A stretch of DNA of 64,000 nucleotides from Rhynchopus sp. YZ270_cl-10 (taxonomy: Eukaryota), in contig OZ037845.1 in NCBI GenBank assembly GCA_964035575.1, positions 1,426,001 through 1,490,000 on the forward strand. Reading direction: 5' to 3'. Every line of letters begins with the position of its first letter. The first letter of the stretch is position 1. The notes under the pieces are model-generated. The model saw only the letters and a list, made by a program, of their open reading frames with translations, did not search any database and was not told where the DNA came from. The translations under genes were made by a program, and so were the position numbers. Of the stretch, positions 45,493 to 57,425 are shown in pieces.

Positions 45493-46087
45493 CAGGGTTT
45501 TCGCGTAGGCTTTTGGTCCCCCCGCCCGGGGGGACCAAATTTTGAAAATCGCAAAAAAAAAAAAAAAAAAAAAAAAAAAGGGAGAAAATGCAGCATGAGG
45601 CACACTGGGTAGTACGGTGCGACGCACGGTTTCATATGCACCTGTGACCCCATCGTGAGCAGCAATCGGTTCGATTAGTCCAAAGAAGACAGAAAAAGGA
45701 GGAGAAAAAAAAGGACGTAGCGTACCGTGCGCCTGCGGCGCTGAATTGTTTCTCACCAGTGCACACAATCAAATGGAGTCCCAAGGTTTTGCGCGACTCC
45801 TCAAATTGTCTGCACCTACCCAACAAACACCATCACCGTCTCAGCTTCCTTCACGAGCCGTTCAGAAAGTAGCGTACCGTGCGCCTGCGGCGCTCTTGCT
45901 GTCTTCGTTAAAACAAAAGCACGTTGGCAAAACTGCGAATCGTGACAATTTTTTTTCGCCTGCGGCGCCCACCTCCCTCCCCTCTCCTTCCTGTGGTTGC
46001 AGGGAGTCGCGCGCGCGAAGCGCGCGCGACGGCTCGGAGAAAGCGGGGGGACCAAATTTTGAGACCAAAAACCAAGCGGAAGCCCTG
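45493..46087. mobile_element. CAGGG-ended non-autonomous TIR element (hAT-like)
   Basis: CAGGGTTTTCGCGTAGGCTTTTGGTC is imperfectly inverted with GACCAAAAACCAAGCGGAAGCCCTG. Internal GGGGGACCAAATTTTG and CGCCTGCGGCG repeats. Confidence 0.6.
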
Positions 46088-46448
46088 CTTTCCCAACGAT
46101 TCTGACAATCTCAGCACCCAGGAGCATTTCCCAGATATTAAGAGCTTGCACCCTTCATTGCACAGAGTGCATTCCAATTCAGTGTGCATGGGTGGCAGGG
46201 TGTTGTTTTCTTCTCAATTCTCAACGGTATCGATCGACTAGTCAATCGCGGGTAGAAAACTTTGCACCCCAAAAACCCTCAACAACGCCCGCCAAAAGGC
46301 GCCCCTTGTTTCTGGGAGTTGGTTCTCGTGTTTGATACCTGCACAGCAGGCATTCCTCTGAGTCCATCGCTGTGACCCAACTTACCTCTGTCCCTTCCCG
46401 CTAACACCACTTCCACAACAGATATCAAAAATCCACAGTACTGCTAAA

Positions 46449-47527
46449 ATGCTTCGTTCTGCAGTGGTTCTGAGTATGTTCGCAGCAGTGTCTGCAGGTC
46501 CCCCATGCTGGACAATGTGGACTGTGGAGTGAACGAGTGGTGCCGCCCTCAGCTTCACAACGCAGCCTCCTGCCTCTGGTCCATCAGGTACTGCACCCCG
46601 AAGCGTGACATCGGTGACCCCTGCACCGGTTTCGGGGGTTGCGAGGCCGAGCGCTGCAAAGACGGCCTCACCTGCGAGAAGGGCGTCTGCACCGCACCCA
46701 AGCGCGAAAGATGCACTCTGAATTGCGGCACTGTCGTCCGTGAAGGATGGGGTGGAAACGACGAGGGTTCCAACGCCTGCAACACCTGCGACTGCCTTGA
46801 GGGTGGACTTCTTCGCTGCACACGTGAAACGTGCCTGGACGCACCGTGCCCGCCAAAGAAAAAGTCCTGCGAGCTTCAGTGCGGAACTGTTGTTTACGAC
46901 GGATGGGCTGTTGTGGACGAGGGCTCCAACGACTGCAACATTTGCACTTGCACTGACGGCGCTCTCGCATGCAGCAAGAACGAATGCATTGGCAGCAAGG
47001 AGTGCCCGAAGCCTGAAACCTGCACCCTGAAGTGCGGCACTGTTGTCCCTGTCGGATGGAGTGGACTAGATGAGGGCTCGAACGCCTGAAACACATGTTC
47101 CTGCACTGACAGTGGAAACCTTGACTGCATAGGCTGCACAGAATGCACACCACAGAAATTGTGCCTGGACGTGCCATGCCGAACAAAGAAGTCTTGTGAG
47201 CTTCAGAGCGGAGATTTTGTTGCTGACGGATGGACTGGAAAGGGTGTCGATGACTGCACCACCTGCACCTGCACTGACGGCGGCCTTGAATGCACCAAGA
47301 TCGCAAGCTTTGACAGCGAGGAGGAAGAGTGCCTGAAGCCTGAACCCACCTGCACCCTTCCGGGATGTGGCACCGTTGTCCCTGTCGGATGGAGTGGACT
47401 GGACGGGGGTTACAACAACTGCAACTCCTGTGACTGCCTTGAGGGTGGAGTTCTTCGCTGCACGCTGCTGACGTGCGGTGTTATGCCTTGCCTGGAGATG
47501 CGGAGGACTCACGGCAACAGACGTTGA
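46449..47527 (+). pseudogene. Diverged pacifastin-like pseudogene
   Basis: Same 5' leader, signal peptide and 3' flank as the array. There is a frameshift near 46500, a TGC>TGA stop at 47087-47089 and a further frame change near 47140. Confidence 0.85.
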
Positions 47528-47878
47528 GGGGACACTGCTGGGAGCACAGTTGCATAATCCTTGCTAGTCTTCAAACGTACCTTATTTTGAAGGCTGTTTC
47601 TTTCCTTATCCCTTTAACACTACTGTACAGCACTGTCCGTACTATCACGAAGAGTGAAATTGTGGCCCGATTTGGAGTTACGATAATATTCACCCCTCTC
47701 AGTGTTCTTCGGAACTGCAACGCATATGAGCATTATTTTTTCTGTTTGAGTTCGGGTTGTATCCCGTTCAGTCCTCCCCCCGCGGGATGGTACTACTGAG
47801 CTGGGGTAAACTGAGCATTGCTGGGTTGCTTTTGCACTTACACCCGGTATTTCGCTTTTTTTCTGATAGGGATTTGCA

Positions 47879-48047
47879 CAGGGGTGTCGCTAATTCTGGG
47901 AAATTTTCGATATTTACAACAAATAAAAAAATAAGAGGGGACGATGCCAGTGGATAAAAAAAACTCCATTATTCGGGGAATATAGGGGGGGTTTTGTTTT
48001 TGGTTTCGAAAAGTCGGGCCCCTGTCCCCGATTTCGCGACACCCCTA
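47879..48047. mobile_element. hAT-type MITE
   Basis: TIR CAGGGGTGTCGC / GCGACACCCCTA, with 8-bp TSD GATTTGCA / GATTTACA. Confidence 0.75.
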
Positions 48048-48263
48048 GATTTACACTTCACTCCCTCTTTTACACTCCCCTGTGTTTTTGACCCACAGTT
48101 GCCTTGGAGATGGCCAGAAGTTTGCCAATGAGTTTTTTGTGCGAAATTTTATACACAAGACTATTACGAGTCGGACCCCCTATGACCCCCCATGTTACAT
48201 TACCCCTGTGCAGAGTAAACAGCGACCATGTGTTGTTTTTATTTACAAAACTTGAAAAGAGAT

Positions 48264-48377
48264 TTCTTTGGGTTGAGGATGGTCTGCATCTATACCTTTG
48301 AAATTCATTTGCCTTCGGGCTACCTTGTGTACAGAACCCGTCCTCGGACAGGTGATTGTCGAAACTACAAAAAACAG
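48264..48377 (+). repeat. Second copy of the ~115-bp structured repeat
   Basis: Aligns by eye with 12613-12728. Confidence 0.8.
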
Positions 48378-48636
48378 GAAATCCTGTGGTAGGCTCCATG
48401 AACAGGGCTGAATATGGGTAGTTCCGTGCTATTCACAGAATTTGATAGGCGATTGAGCGTATCTAACACAACCAAAACAAAAGAAAGTACAAGAAGGGGA
48501 AGAGAAATGCAGGAAAAAATAGACGAAGAGAAAAACAAAGATATTTTGACAAAGGGCCAATAAAATATACCCCACCTCCCCTACCTCCCCCCTACCTCCC
48601 CCTACCTTACACCTCCAAAGGAAAGAAAACCTCAAA

Positions 48637-48906
48637 ATGATTTTTGGCAGAGTGTTGCCGATGGCGGGCCGGCGTGGATGCGCTGGGTTCGTGCGCATCC
48701 CTGGTGTGGTCATGCGTGGACAGGGTGCGTTTGAGGCACAGATGCGCTCCTTCGGTACAGGCCTCATGCTCTCTGAGGCTGAGATGGACGAGCTTACAGG
48801 CAGAGCCATGACCAGCGGTGAATGCTGCACCCTCGTCAGCCAATCACTCCAAATGCACTGCTCCATGAGCATGTGTACGGGGATAGACAGAGCCGCTAAA
48901 TGCTGA
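48637..48906 (+). CDS. Putative small protein (89 aa) with an Arg-rich presequence-like N-terminus
   Basis: GC-rich island in AT-rich DNA, on the + strand, with AAAATG context and an upstream pyrimidine tract. No family recognised. Confidence 0.45.
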   Translation: MIFGRVLPMAGRRGCAGFVRIPGVVMRGQGAFEAQMRSFGTGLMLSEAEMDELTGRAMTSGECCTLVSQSLQMHCSMSMCTGIDRAAKC

Positions 48907-50415
48907 ATGACGCGAGCTCTCTAAAAACACCAGAAGTTATTCCGTGGGAAGAATGAAGGAAGATGGTCAGACCAGAGGGAAGAGGAGAAAATTCTCTGCC
49001 ACACTCTGGGATGAGGTGTGCCGTCTGTAAGTATCCCATTTTTTTTTGTAGATATTTTTTGGGGGTGTTTTGTCGATACAAAAAGGGGGTGGATGGAGTT
49101 GAGTTTTGTGAAGTACACTGTCATGAGCGGGAGTTGTGTATTTCAAGTCAAAAAAGTGGCGTAAGACTGCTCTGTGGTTCGAATAGTTTTTTTCTTAAAT
49201 AATCCGAAAAATGAAAACGGATAGCGCATACCTCATTACCTATAGGTATTCCCTGCCTCACCTGGGATACCTACAACAACAACAACAAAGGGTTGCAAAA
49301 TAAAGCAAAAATGGGGGGACAAAAATTGGGGTCTGATGCAAAATAAGGTGCGGAACATTGGTTTTCAGCGGCCTTACGGAGGAAGGGTTTACTGTCGGCT
49401 TTTTGGTTTTTTTTTTTTTTTTCAGGTGTTGAACAGGCTCTCCGCTAGGATTTCCGATTTTGAAAATATTCTGTTGATGGTCCACGTTGGTGGGGTACAT
49501 GCTTGCACCGCAGGCGCACGGTACGCAACTTTTTTTTTTACCAACGCCCGATTTTGACTTTTTTGGGACGTTTGAGCACTCACCTCTCCATATCTTCTTC
49601 TCCTGAGCTTTTTTGACAGGTAGAACGGGTCTGAACCACTCAGCAGAACTTTTTTTTTTTTTCTTTTTTTCCCCATTTTCAAAAAGTTCTGTTGACAATC
49701 AACAGAACTTTAGTACCTAGCGGAGTGCCTGGTGTTGAATTACTTTTCAGGTATACCTTCTATTCAGTAGAATAGAAAGTAGATGAAAAAAAATTTTCAC
49801 AAAAAAATCAGCATACCGCCAGCAACCCTGAGTACCACAACACAGCAGTGCTCTGCTGATGCAGATTGATTATTATTGCTGTGGGGGGGAAAATATATAT
49901 TGGGGGGTGGGGGTGGGTGACACACACATTGTCCCAAGAAAATGGGTATTTTTTTTCTCTTCCGTCATCGTCTTGTACATTCAAACATTCAGACACCCCC
50001 TCCTCGACCCCTTTTTAACACCATCCCCTATGCTTTTCAAAAAGCACTGCATTCGGTCGAGCACCTCGTATACCTGCACACTATTCTATCGAACGCAAAG
50101 TTGCCGATTTGCGCCACCGCTGGGGACTTTCTGGAGGGGGTTTTTATTTGACACTCCGTGGGGGGTTCGACAACCCGCGGTGTCAGCACCTCCCAGAGAC
50201 GTTTTGCACTATCAACTTCACTTTATTTAGGTACACTGTCACGAGAGAGAGAGGGCTTTGTTGTATTTCAAGTCAACCCCCTTTATTTTGGCCAACGTAG
50301 GGCTTTTAGCACCCAGCACTTTTATCGATAAGGTACGGTACAATGACCTATCTCCCTTCCTCCCTCCATCCTTCATACCCTTCAGCCCCCCTCCCCCTTC
50401 CCCCCTACACAACGC

Positions 50416-53167
50416 ATGTCAGAAGCTCATTCGATGAACAATAAAGACATGGAAAAGCTGGAACACGAATGGGTCACACTGAATAAGGGGTTCCACAACC
50501 TGCTGGAGTTGGTGGAACGGGGGTGCTTGGGGGGTGCGCTGGATGGGATCCCTAACCGCATGGCACTGTATACCATTGTGTATAACCTATGCACGGAGAG
50601 TCCGAACCACCAGGCTGCAGGCGATGCCTCGGGGCAGACCAAGCAGGCGGCAGCAGCTATTCTGTACGAACGGTACGGCGAGTTGATAACGGGGTACCTC
50701 CTCGAGAGAACGATCACCGGGGAGGGCAAGACACCTGATATGTTCCTCCGCGAGGTTGTCGCAAAGTGGCAGAACCACAAGCTCGTAACTCGCTGGCTGG
50801 GAATGTACTTCTCCTACCTGGACCGTTTCTACATTGAATATCACGACAAAGATAGACTCAACATCAACAGCTTAAAGCGCTTCTTCCGTTACATCTATAC
50901 CCCTATCAAGGTCCAAATTAGGGACGCAGTTTTCGACAGAATCCACAGAGAAAGAACTGGGGAGATGATCGACAGAACGCTTCTACGGGAAGCGATTAAC
51001 CTCATCGTTGAAATGATTGGCGACGACTCTGATACGGGGTCTGTGTACACATACGACTTTGAGAGGCCCTTTGTGAAGAGCTCTGGGGAGTTTTACCAGA
51101 GAGAGTCTTCGAGGTGGGTGGCAGAGGACTCGGCGACGGAGTATTTGAAGAAGGCTGAGAAGCGCCTGCTTGAAGAGGCGCAACGAGCTGAGTCATATCT
51201 GCACTCCGACTCCGATCTGATCAAGGAGGTCGAAAAGCGATTGCTAGCCGCACCACAGAAGACGCTGCTAGATATGGAGAACTCTGGCTTCATCTGCCTC
51301 CTCCGCGACCAGCGTCTCCCCGACATCGAACGCGCCTACCGACTCTTCAGCAGAATACCCAAAGGGCTCGAACCCATGGCCCAACTCCTCCACGAGTTCG
51401 TAACAAACGAAGGCAAAGGAGTGGTCTCGAAGCATTCGTCCTCCTCAGACCTCTGCTTCAAAGCCTACACAAACGACCTCCTCGATCTGCACAGAAAGTA
51501 CCGCTCCATACTCAAGGAGCAGCTCAACGACGATGCAGTCTTCCAGAAGGCAGTCAAAGACGCCTTTGAGGCCTTCGTCAACCAACAGCTGCAGAGCAGT
51601 ACAAAGGTGCAGGGCAACGTTCCTGCGAAGGTATGCATTGTGCAGGACAAATGGGAGGTGGGAATTTTTCTATGATTGTTAGAGTGAGGAGGGGATTGTC
51701 AATTTATTTTATTAGTGCTCTCGGGGGGGTTGATACACGGAGAAGCGGTTCCTGCAACCGCCTGCATGGTGAGGTGTTTTCACAATTTTTTTCATTTCTT
51801 ACCATACAGGTGTTCTCCTCGGACCTGATCGCATCCTACTGCGACATGCTGATGAAGAACTCTGCAGAGAAGATGGGCGACAACGAGCTTGATGAAATCC
51901 TCGACCAGGTCGTTGCCCTCTTCCGATACATCAATGACAAGGACCTGTTCCAAGAGTTTTACAGGTATGGCTTTTTGTGTGTGTTTTTTCCTAGCATTTG
52001 TACTAAGCCCCGTCTCCCTTACGTTCTTACCTTATCCTTCATCTGTTTGCAGGAAGCAACTCTCGAAGCGTCTGTTGATGCTGACCGTGAACGGCGACGC
52101 AGAAAGAAGTCTGATCAGCAAGCTCAAGATGTGCCAAGGTGCGCCGTACACAAGCCGCCTCGAGAAGATGCTCACAGACAAGAACCTCTCGCAGGAGCTG
52201 CAGACGCGCTTCAAGCAGTACCTCTCGGAGCATGGGGTCAACTTTGGGTTCGAATACACGATGCAGGTGCTCACCACGGTGTCGTGGCCAGCCTTCCACC
52301 TGCACCCCTTGGTGGTGCCGACGTCCGTGCAGAACGCAATGGAAAAGTTCAAGGAGTTTTACAACTCTCGGACAAAGGTATGTGTTTTCTTTGTTTTTCC
52401 CTCACATCTCTCTCTTCACAGAGTCGGAAGCTTCGTTGGGTGCACTCTCTGGCAAACGTGACGCTGGATGCGCTGTTCAATAAGCAGAAGTTCCAACTGC
52501 AGGTGACAGCCTTCCAGGCATGCGTGCTTCTGCTATTCAACGATAAGGAGCTCCTTTCGGGTGAGATGATTGTGAAGGAGCTGACCCTGCCGTGGGAGGA
52601 GGCGAAGAAGGCGCTGCAATCCCTTGCGATGGGCAAGTACAAACTGCTGATCAAGGTTGTGCCTGAGGGCGTCAAGGCGGTCAAAACTGTAGACGAGAAG
52701 GACCAGTTTAAGGTCAACGTCGCTTTCACTGACAAATCACGCAAGCTCAAAATCCCGACCGTCGTTGCGAAGACGAACCTCAAGGTCACCGCTCAGGTTT
52801 GTTCCCCCCTTTTAGCTCTCTTTTCCCCTCTTTTTGCTCGTTAACAACATCAATGATAGGTAACTGCAACGGTGGAAGAGGACCGGAGGCACGCAATCGA
52901 GGCGTGCATCGTGCGAATCATGAAGCGACGGAAGCAAATGGAGCACCCCGTTCTGGTATGCAAGCAGAGGCAAAGAAAAACAGCAAAGAAAAGAAAAAAA
53001 AAATAATAATCCGCACAACATCACAGATCGGGGAGTGCATATCCCAGCTCAGCAACCACTTCAAGCCTGACCCAAGGCACATCAAAAAGCGCATTGAAGA
53101 TTTGATTGCCAGGGAATACATAGAGCGTGACGCGGAAAAGCAAAACCTGTACAGATACGTCGCGTAA
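50416..53167 (+). CDS. Cullin (CUL1-like), 6 exons
   Basis: Exons 50416-51630, 51810-51964, 52053-52377, 52422-52796, 52860-52955 and 53027-53167. Motifs YLDRFY, DKDLFQEFYRKQLSKRLL, RKLRWVHSL, IEACIVRIMK (neddylation site) and IKKRIEDLIAREY. Confidence 0.95.
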
Positions 53168-53356
53168 AATGTGTGTGTGTGTTGTGTGTGTTAAAGCAAA
53201 TGCGAGTAGTTCCTAAGAGGGAAACATTGTTTATAATGTGTGTGGTGTGTTCAGTTGATATTTGGACAAAAAAAAAACGTGTTGGAGTGAACTTACCTTT
53301 TGTGAATGTTTTCTTTTGGGGGGGGAGTATTGGGTATTTTTATTGAGGATGGGGTT

Positions 53357-53506
53357 AAGTGCTTGCGTCCATGCCCGGTGAGGCGTTTGCACTTTCAACT
53401 TCTCTTTTTTTTGAAAAAACATGGGTCTACGTGATGCATTCGTCTTTCACACTTTCGTGTTTTGGTGCCTAAGCACAAGAGGCTTAGGTTCATCTCATAA
53501 GCTTTT
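53357..53506 (+). repeat. Cluster of hairpin motifs E, D-like and A downstream of cullin
   Basis: E 53357-53400 and A 53464-53506 (GGTGCCTAAGCACAAGAGGCTTAGGTTCATCTCATAAGC). Confidence 0.7.
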
Positions 53507-54138
53507 CTCTTTTTTGGGCGCATTTTCTCCACTTAAACTCTTTAAAATGCAACTGCCGGTAATGATATTTGGAAGAACACACATTGTTTGGAGAAGGTGT
53601 TAAGAAAACATAGCTCGGCATCTCGCCTGTATGTAAAAAAACTTGTAAGATGTGCGAGAGGCAGGTCCAACGCGATTTTTTGTTCCACTGATGTCCTTCT
53701 TTCTGAGGCTTTTGGGGTCAGACCAAGGGGGTTATCTACGCCTTGCCACACACGGGGGGATGAAGTGTGCCGTCTGAATTTCCTCCCGTAGGTCGGAGGG
53801 GTATGCGGGACTATTCTGTTCTGTCCTCAGGGAGGTAAACATCCCTGCCCCTACGAAATGCAAAATTTAACCCTGGCTAGGGTATATAAATGGTGGGGGG
53901 GTGGTGTACCGCCCCCCCCGTTCACACTACGGTACGGGCAAGCCATTAGGTTTCCTTTTACACGTTCTTTTTTTGCTTGGTTCATCCGGATGGCTGGCAT
54001 CGTAAGTGGGTCAGTCGGAGGTGCCTGCATCAACTTCCTTTTTTTAATTTTTGTTTTTGCAAAATATGCACACACCAAAGAAGGGATTTTTTGATCCCGA
54101 TACCATGCACTTTCAATTCATTGAATGTACATGGTATG

Positions 54139-54322
54139 CATACAATGCAACGAGGCCGACTACGCCTGAAAATAGGCATATGTCTGGAAAACCTATCTGA
54201 GGCGTGGCTGAGGCGTACTAATACTTATAACCACGCCTCAGCCACGCTTGAGTACTATTAGTACGGCTCCGCCACGCCTGAGACAACCTTGCGATGCAGA
54301 TTCGGCCTCGTTGCATTGCATG
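54139..54322. mobile_element. CAT-ended MITE
   Basis: CATACAATGCAACGAGGCCGA / TCGGCCTCGTTGCATTGCATG. Flanks GGTATG / GTTATA may be a degenerate 6-bp TSD. Confidence 0.65.
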
Positions 54323-55239
54323 GTTATAATACCTTTCTTTTTTCTTTTTTCTTCTTTTTTCCAACCCACTTTGCCTCGTGTTCCATACGTAACGTTGAAA
54401 AAGGGGGGGTGAGAGGGTGGGATGGGGTTGCTTTGCTAATTTTTCCCTAGATACTATAACTGTACCCTTTCCAAGGGGATGTGATTAGGTTTATTCTTCT
54501 AAAAAAAAAGTATAGTGGAGCACACACTCTAGGGTGGCTACACCAATACAACCAAGTTTTCAAAAAAATGTGTGTGCGAATGAGACACAATATTTTTTGG
54601 AGATCTCAACAAAAAAAGATGCCTCCAGAAAAAAAGTGATGAATTGTACATGTGCATTGATGCATGTAGTGTGGTTTTTAGTGGATGTATCTTGTGGAAC
54701 ATTCGCTTTTTCTACGTTTGATTTGAAAGTATATTAAGCTTTTAGTGGGTACCCTGTGGATCTTTTGTACCAGGTTGTTCCCCCCCATGTTAAAAAGAGA
54801 TAACAACTTTGTCTAGCCTAATACAGTGGCCTCTTGCAAGTCTAATTGCTGCTCTTTGCCGCTAATACCACCCACCCCGCCCCACCCCCATCCCAGCCTG
54901 TTCGTGTTTCTGTTTTTCGTCGTTTCCTACTTTGCGTTGCAGTTTTTCGAGAATAAAGGAAAACGCTTCAGAGCTACGTACATAATGCCTTTTGTTAGAA
55001 CTAAAAAATAAATTAAGGGTGGGTGGAGGGAGGGTGGAAATTAAGAGGAGTTGCTGGCACTGTTAGTACGAAAAGACAAAAAACAAAGCAAATAAACAAA
55101 CCAAAAGCGATACTGCTTACTGAGAATAAAAAAAGGGCTATTTTGGTGATGTCTTTTGTATCGTCTTCTCTCCTCCCCGCTCCCCGCTCCCCCGTCACGT
55201 CACCCCACACCAGTTCTTCAGGAGTTATCTATCATTGCA

Positions 55240-56631
55240 ATGTCTCGTGTTAAGATTGAGCCGGTGACGGCAGGAGTGTTCCTTCTGTTCCAGATTGCAC
55301 TCATTTTCCTGTACGCCTACTGCACAGAGTACAGTGACGAAACCGTCATCGACCACGCAGCAGGTACCGAGCAGGAAAACGACCTTTCCCTGACACGTGT
55401 CTACCCCTTCTTCCAGGATGTGCACGTGATGGTGTTCATTGGTTTCGGTTTCCTGATGACCTTCATGCGCCGCTACAGCATGACCGCAGTTGCCTTCAAC
55501 TACTTCGTCGCAGCCGCAATGCTGATGTGGACGATCCTCGTGCTTGGGTTCTGGCACCGTGCCTTCGGTGCAAAGAGCTTCTTCGACAAGATCAACCTGC
55601 AGGCAACCGACCTCGTCACAGGAGACTTTGGTGCGGCATCTGTGCTGATTGCATTCGGGGCTGTGCTTGGGAAGGTGGGACCCACACAGCTGCTTGTGAT
55701 GGGAATTCTGCAGATCTTCTTCTACGCACTGAACGAGTCGATTGGTGTGATTGAGTACCAGGCAGTGGACATGGGTGGGTCGATGTACGTCCATCTGTTC
55801 GGTGCTCTGTTCGGAGTGGCTTGCAGCTTTGCTTACATGAAGAAGGCTGAGGTGACGAAGCTGGACAAGGACGGAAAGAACGCGTCATCGCGCACAACAG
55901 ACACATTCGCGATGGTGGGTACGATCTTCTTGTTCATGTTCTGGCCCTCGTTCAACGGTGCTCTTGCTGTGGGCTCGCCACGTACACGTGTGGTGATCAA
56001 CACTGTGCTTGCCATCTGTGCGTCCACCACCTCTGCGTTCCTGATGTCGTACGTCCTGCGTGGTGGGTACTTCTCGATGGTCGACATCCAGAACGCCACA
56101 CTTGCGGGTGGTGTTGCTGTGGGCAGCAGCAGTGATTTGCTCGTGGATGCGTGGCCCTCCCTTCTTGTGGGAACCATTGCTGGGTTTGTCTCCGTCTTTG
56201 GCTACGTGTACCTGAGCCCTGCCCTTGAGAGCGCTGGCCTGCACGACACCTGTGGTGTGCTGAACCTCCACGGCATCCCCGGAATGATTGGTGGTATCTC
56301 TGGTGCGATCTCTGCTGCGTCTGCGGGTGAGTCTGTGTACGGCGGTGACATTGGGCTTGTGTTCCCTGCACGCTCGTCTGGCCGCTCTGCCTCGCACCAG
56401 GGTGCCATGCAGACGGCTTGCCTGTTCACCACCATCGGAATTGCCATTGCTGGAGGGCTTGTCACTGGCATTGTTCTGAAGTTCATCCCGAACCCTGGTG
56501 ATGCTCGCTACGAGGTGTTCGAGGACAAGCGCTACTGGGAGGAGCTGGCTGAGGAGGACGAGGAGGACGCACAGGAGCAGGTTCACGTTGAGAACGTGTC
56601 CCCAGACAAGGAGAACGAGCCCATCGTTTAG
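55240..56631 (+). CDS. Rh-family ammonium/CO2 transporter, paralog 1
   Basis: FQDVHVMVFIGFGFLMTF, DMGGSMYVH, FWPSFNGAL, IQNATLAGGVAVG and HDTCGVLNLHGIPG. Confidence 0.95.
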   Translation: MSRVKIEPVTAGVFLLFQIALIFLYAYCTEYSDETVIDHAAGTEQENDLSLTRVYPFFQDVHVMVFIGFGFLMTFMRRYSMTAVAFNYFVAAAMLMWTILVLGFWHRAFGAKSFFDKINLQATDLVTGDFGAASVLIAFGAVLGKVGPTQLLVMGILQIFFYALNESIGVIEYQAVDMGGSMYVHLFGALFGVACSFAYMKKAEVTKLDKDGKNASSRTTDTFAMVGTIFLFMFWPSFNGALAVGSPRTRVVINTVLAICASTTSAFLMSYVLRGGYFSMVDIQNATLAGGVAVGSSSDLLVDAWPSLLVGTIAGFVSVFGYVYLSPALESAGLHDTCGVLNLHGIPGMIGGISGAISAASAGESVYGGDIGLVFPARSSGRSASHQGAMQTACLFTTIGIAIAGGLVTGIVLKFIPNPGDARYEVFEDKRYWEELAEEDEEDAQEQVHVENVSPDKENEPIV

Positions 56632-57129
56632 GACAGCACCTCCCCGCCCCCCCCCGCGATCTGCCTTTCCCCAAGACGCTGCACACTGACAAGGACACAA
56701 TAGTGGAAGCCTTTCATCTAGTTTACTATTATGACGTTTGAACCACCTTCCTCCCAGTACCCCGTTTCCCCCTCTCTTTTCTCTCTCTCTCTCTCTTTTT
56801 GTATTTTCTGACCCGTATTGGATCTGTATGCGAATGGTACACAATGCACCACTGCACTGTCTCTACAAGGTGGCCCTCTTGCGGGAACGGTAGTAAACCT
56901 GCCCGTCTATTGCCCCTGTTATCGTGGTTCAGCAATCTTGTTGACAAAGGTCACCCATCGTGATTCTAGAGAGAGAAAAAAGAAAATCTCTAACACGACC
57001 TTTCACCGACAAAATATTGAACCTCCTGACAACCGCATGTGTTTGTTTGTAGTACCTCTCGCATCTTTTGTGTGTTAGAACGAAACCCCCAAAATTACAT
57101 TTTTTTATGTTTTGTTTTTGTTCTTTAAA

Positions 57130-57425
57130 CATGGATAGACAAACTCTTTTTCATAGTTCATTTCTTCACGTAATGGAAAAATGCGAGGATTTTTTCCCCC
57201 TTCGGGGATCGGTTTAGACTGTCATGAGGCAGGTTGGTTGTACCCGACTGATGGAGAAAGAGCCCCTGGAAATTGGATAGTTTGTGGGGCATTGAGGACA
57301 GAAAGAAAAATTACGACAGTCAGGTTTAGAAAAATTACTGAGGTGGCATTTTTTTCGCTGCAAATTGCCAAATAATTCTTGATTTTTTTTTTTTTTTTTT
57401 TGTAAATATCCTTTGTCTATCCATG
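57130..57425. mobile_element. CAT-ended TIR element with 6-bp TSD TTTAAA
   Basis: CATGGATAGACAAA / TTTGTCTATCCATG, with TTTAAA at 57124-57129 and 57426-57431. Confidence 0.75.
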
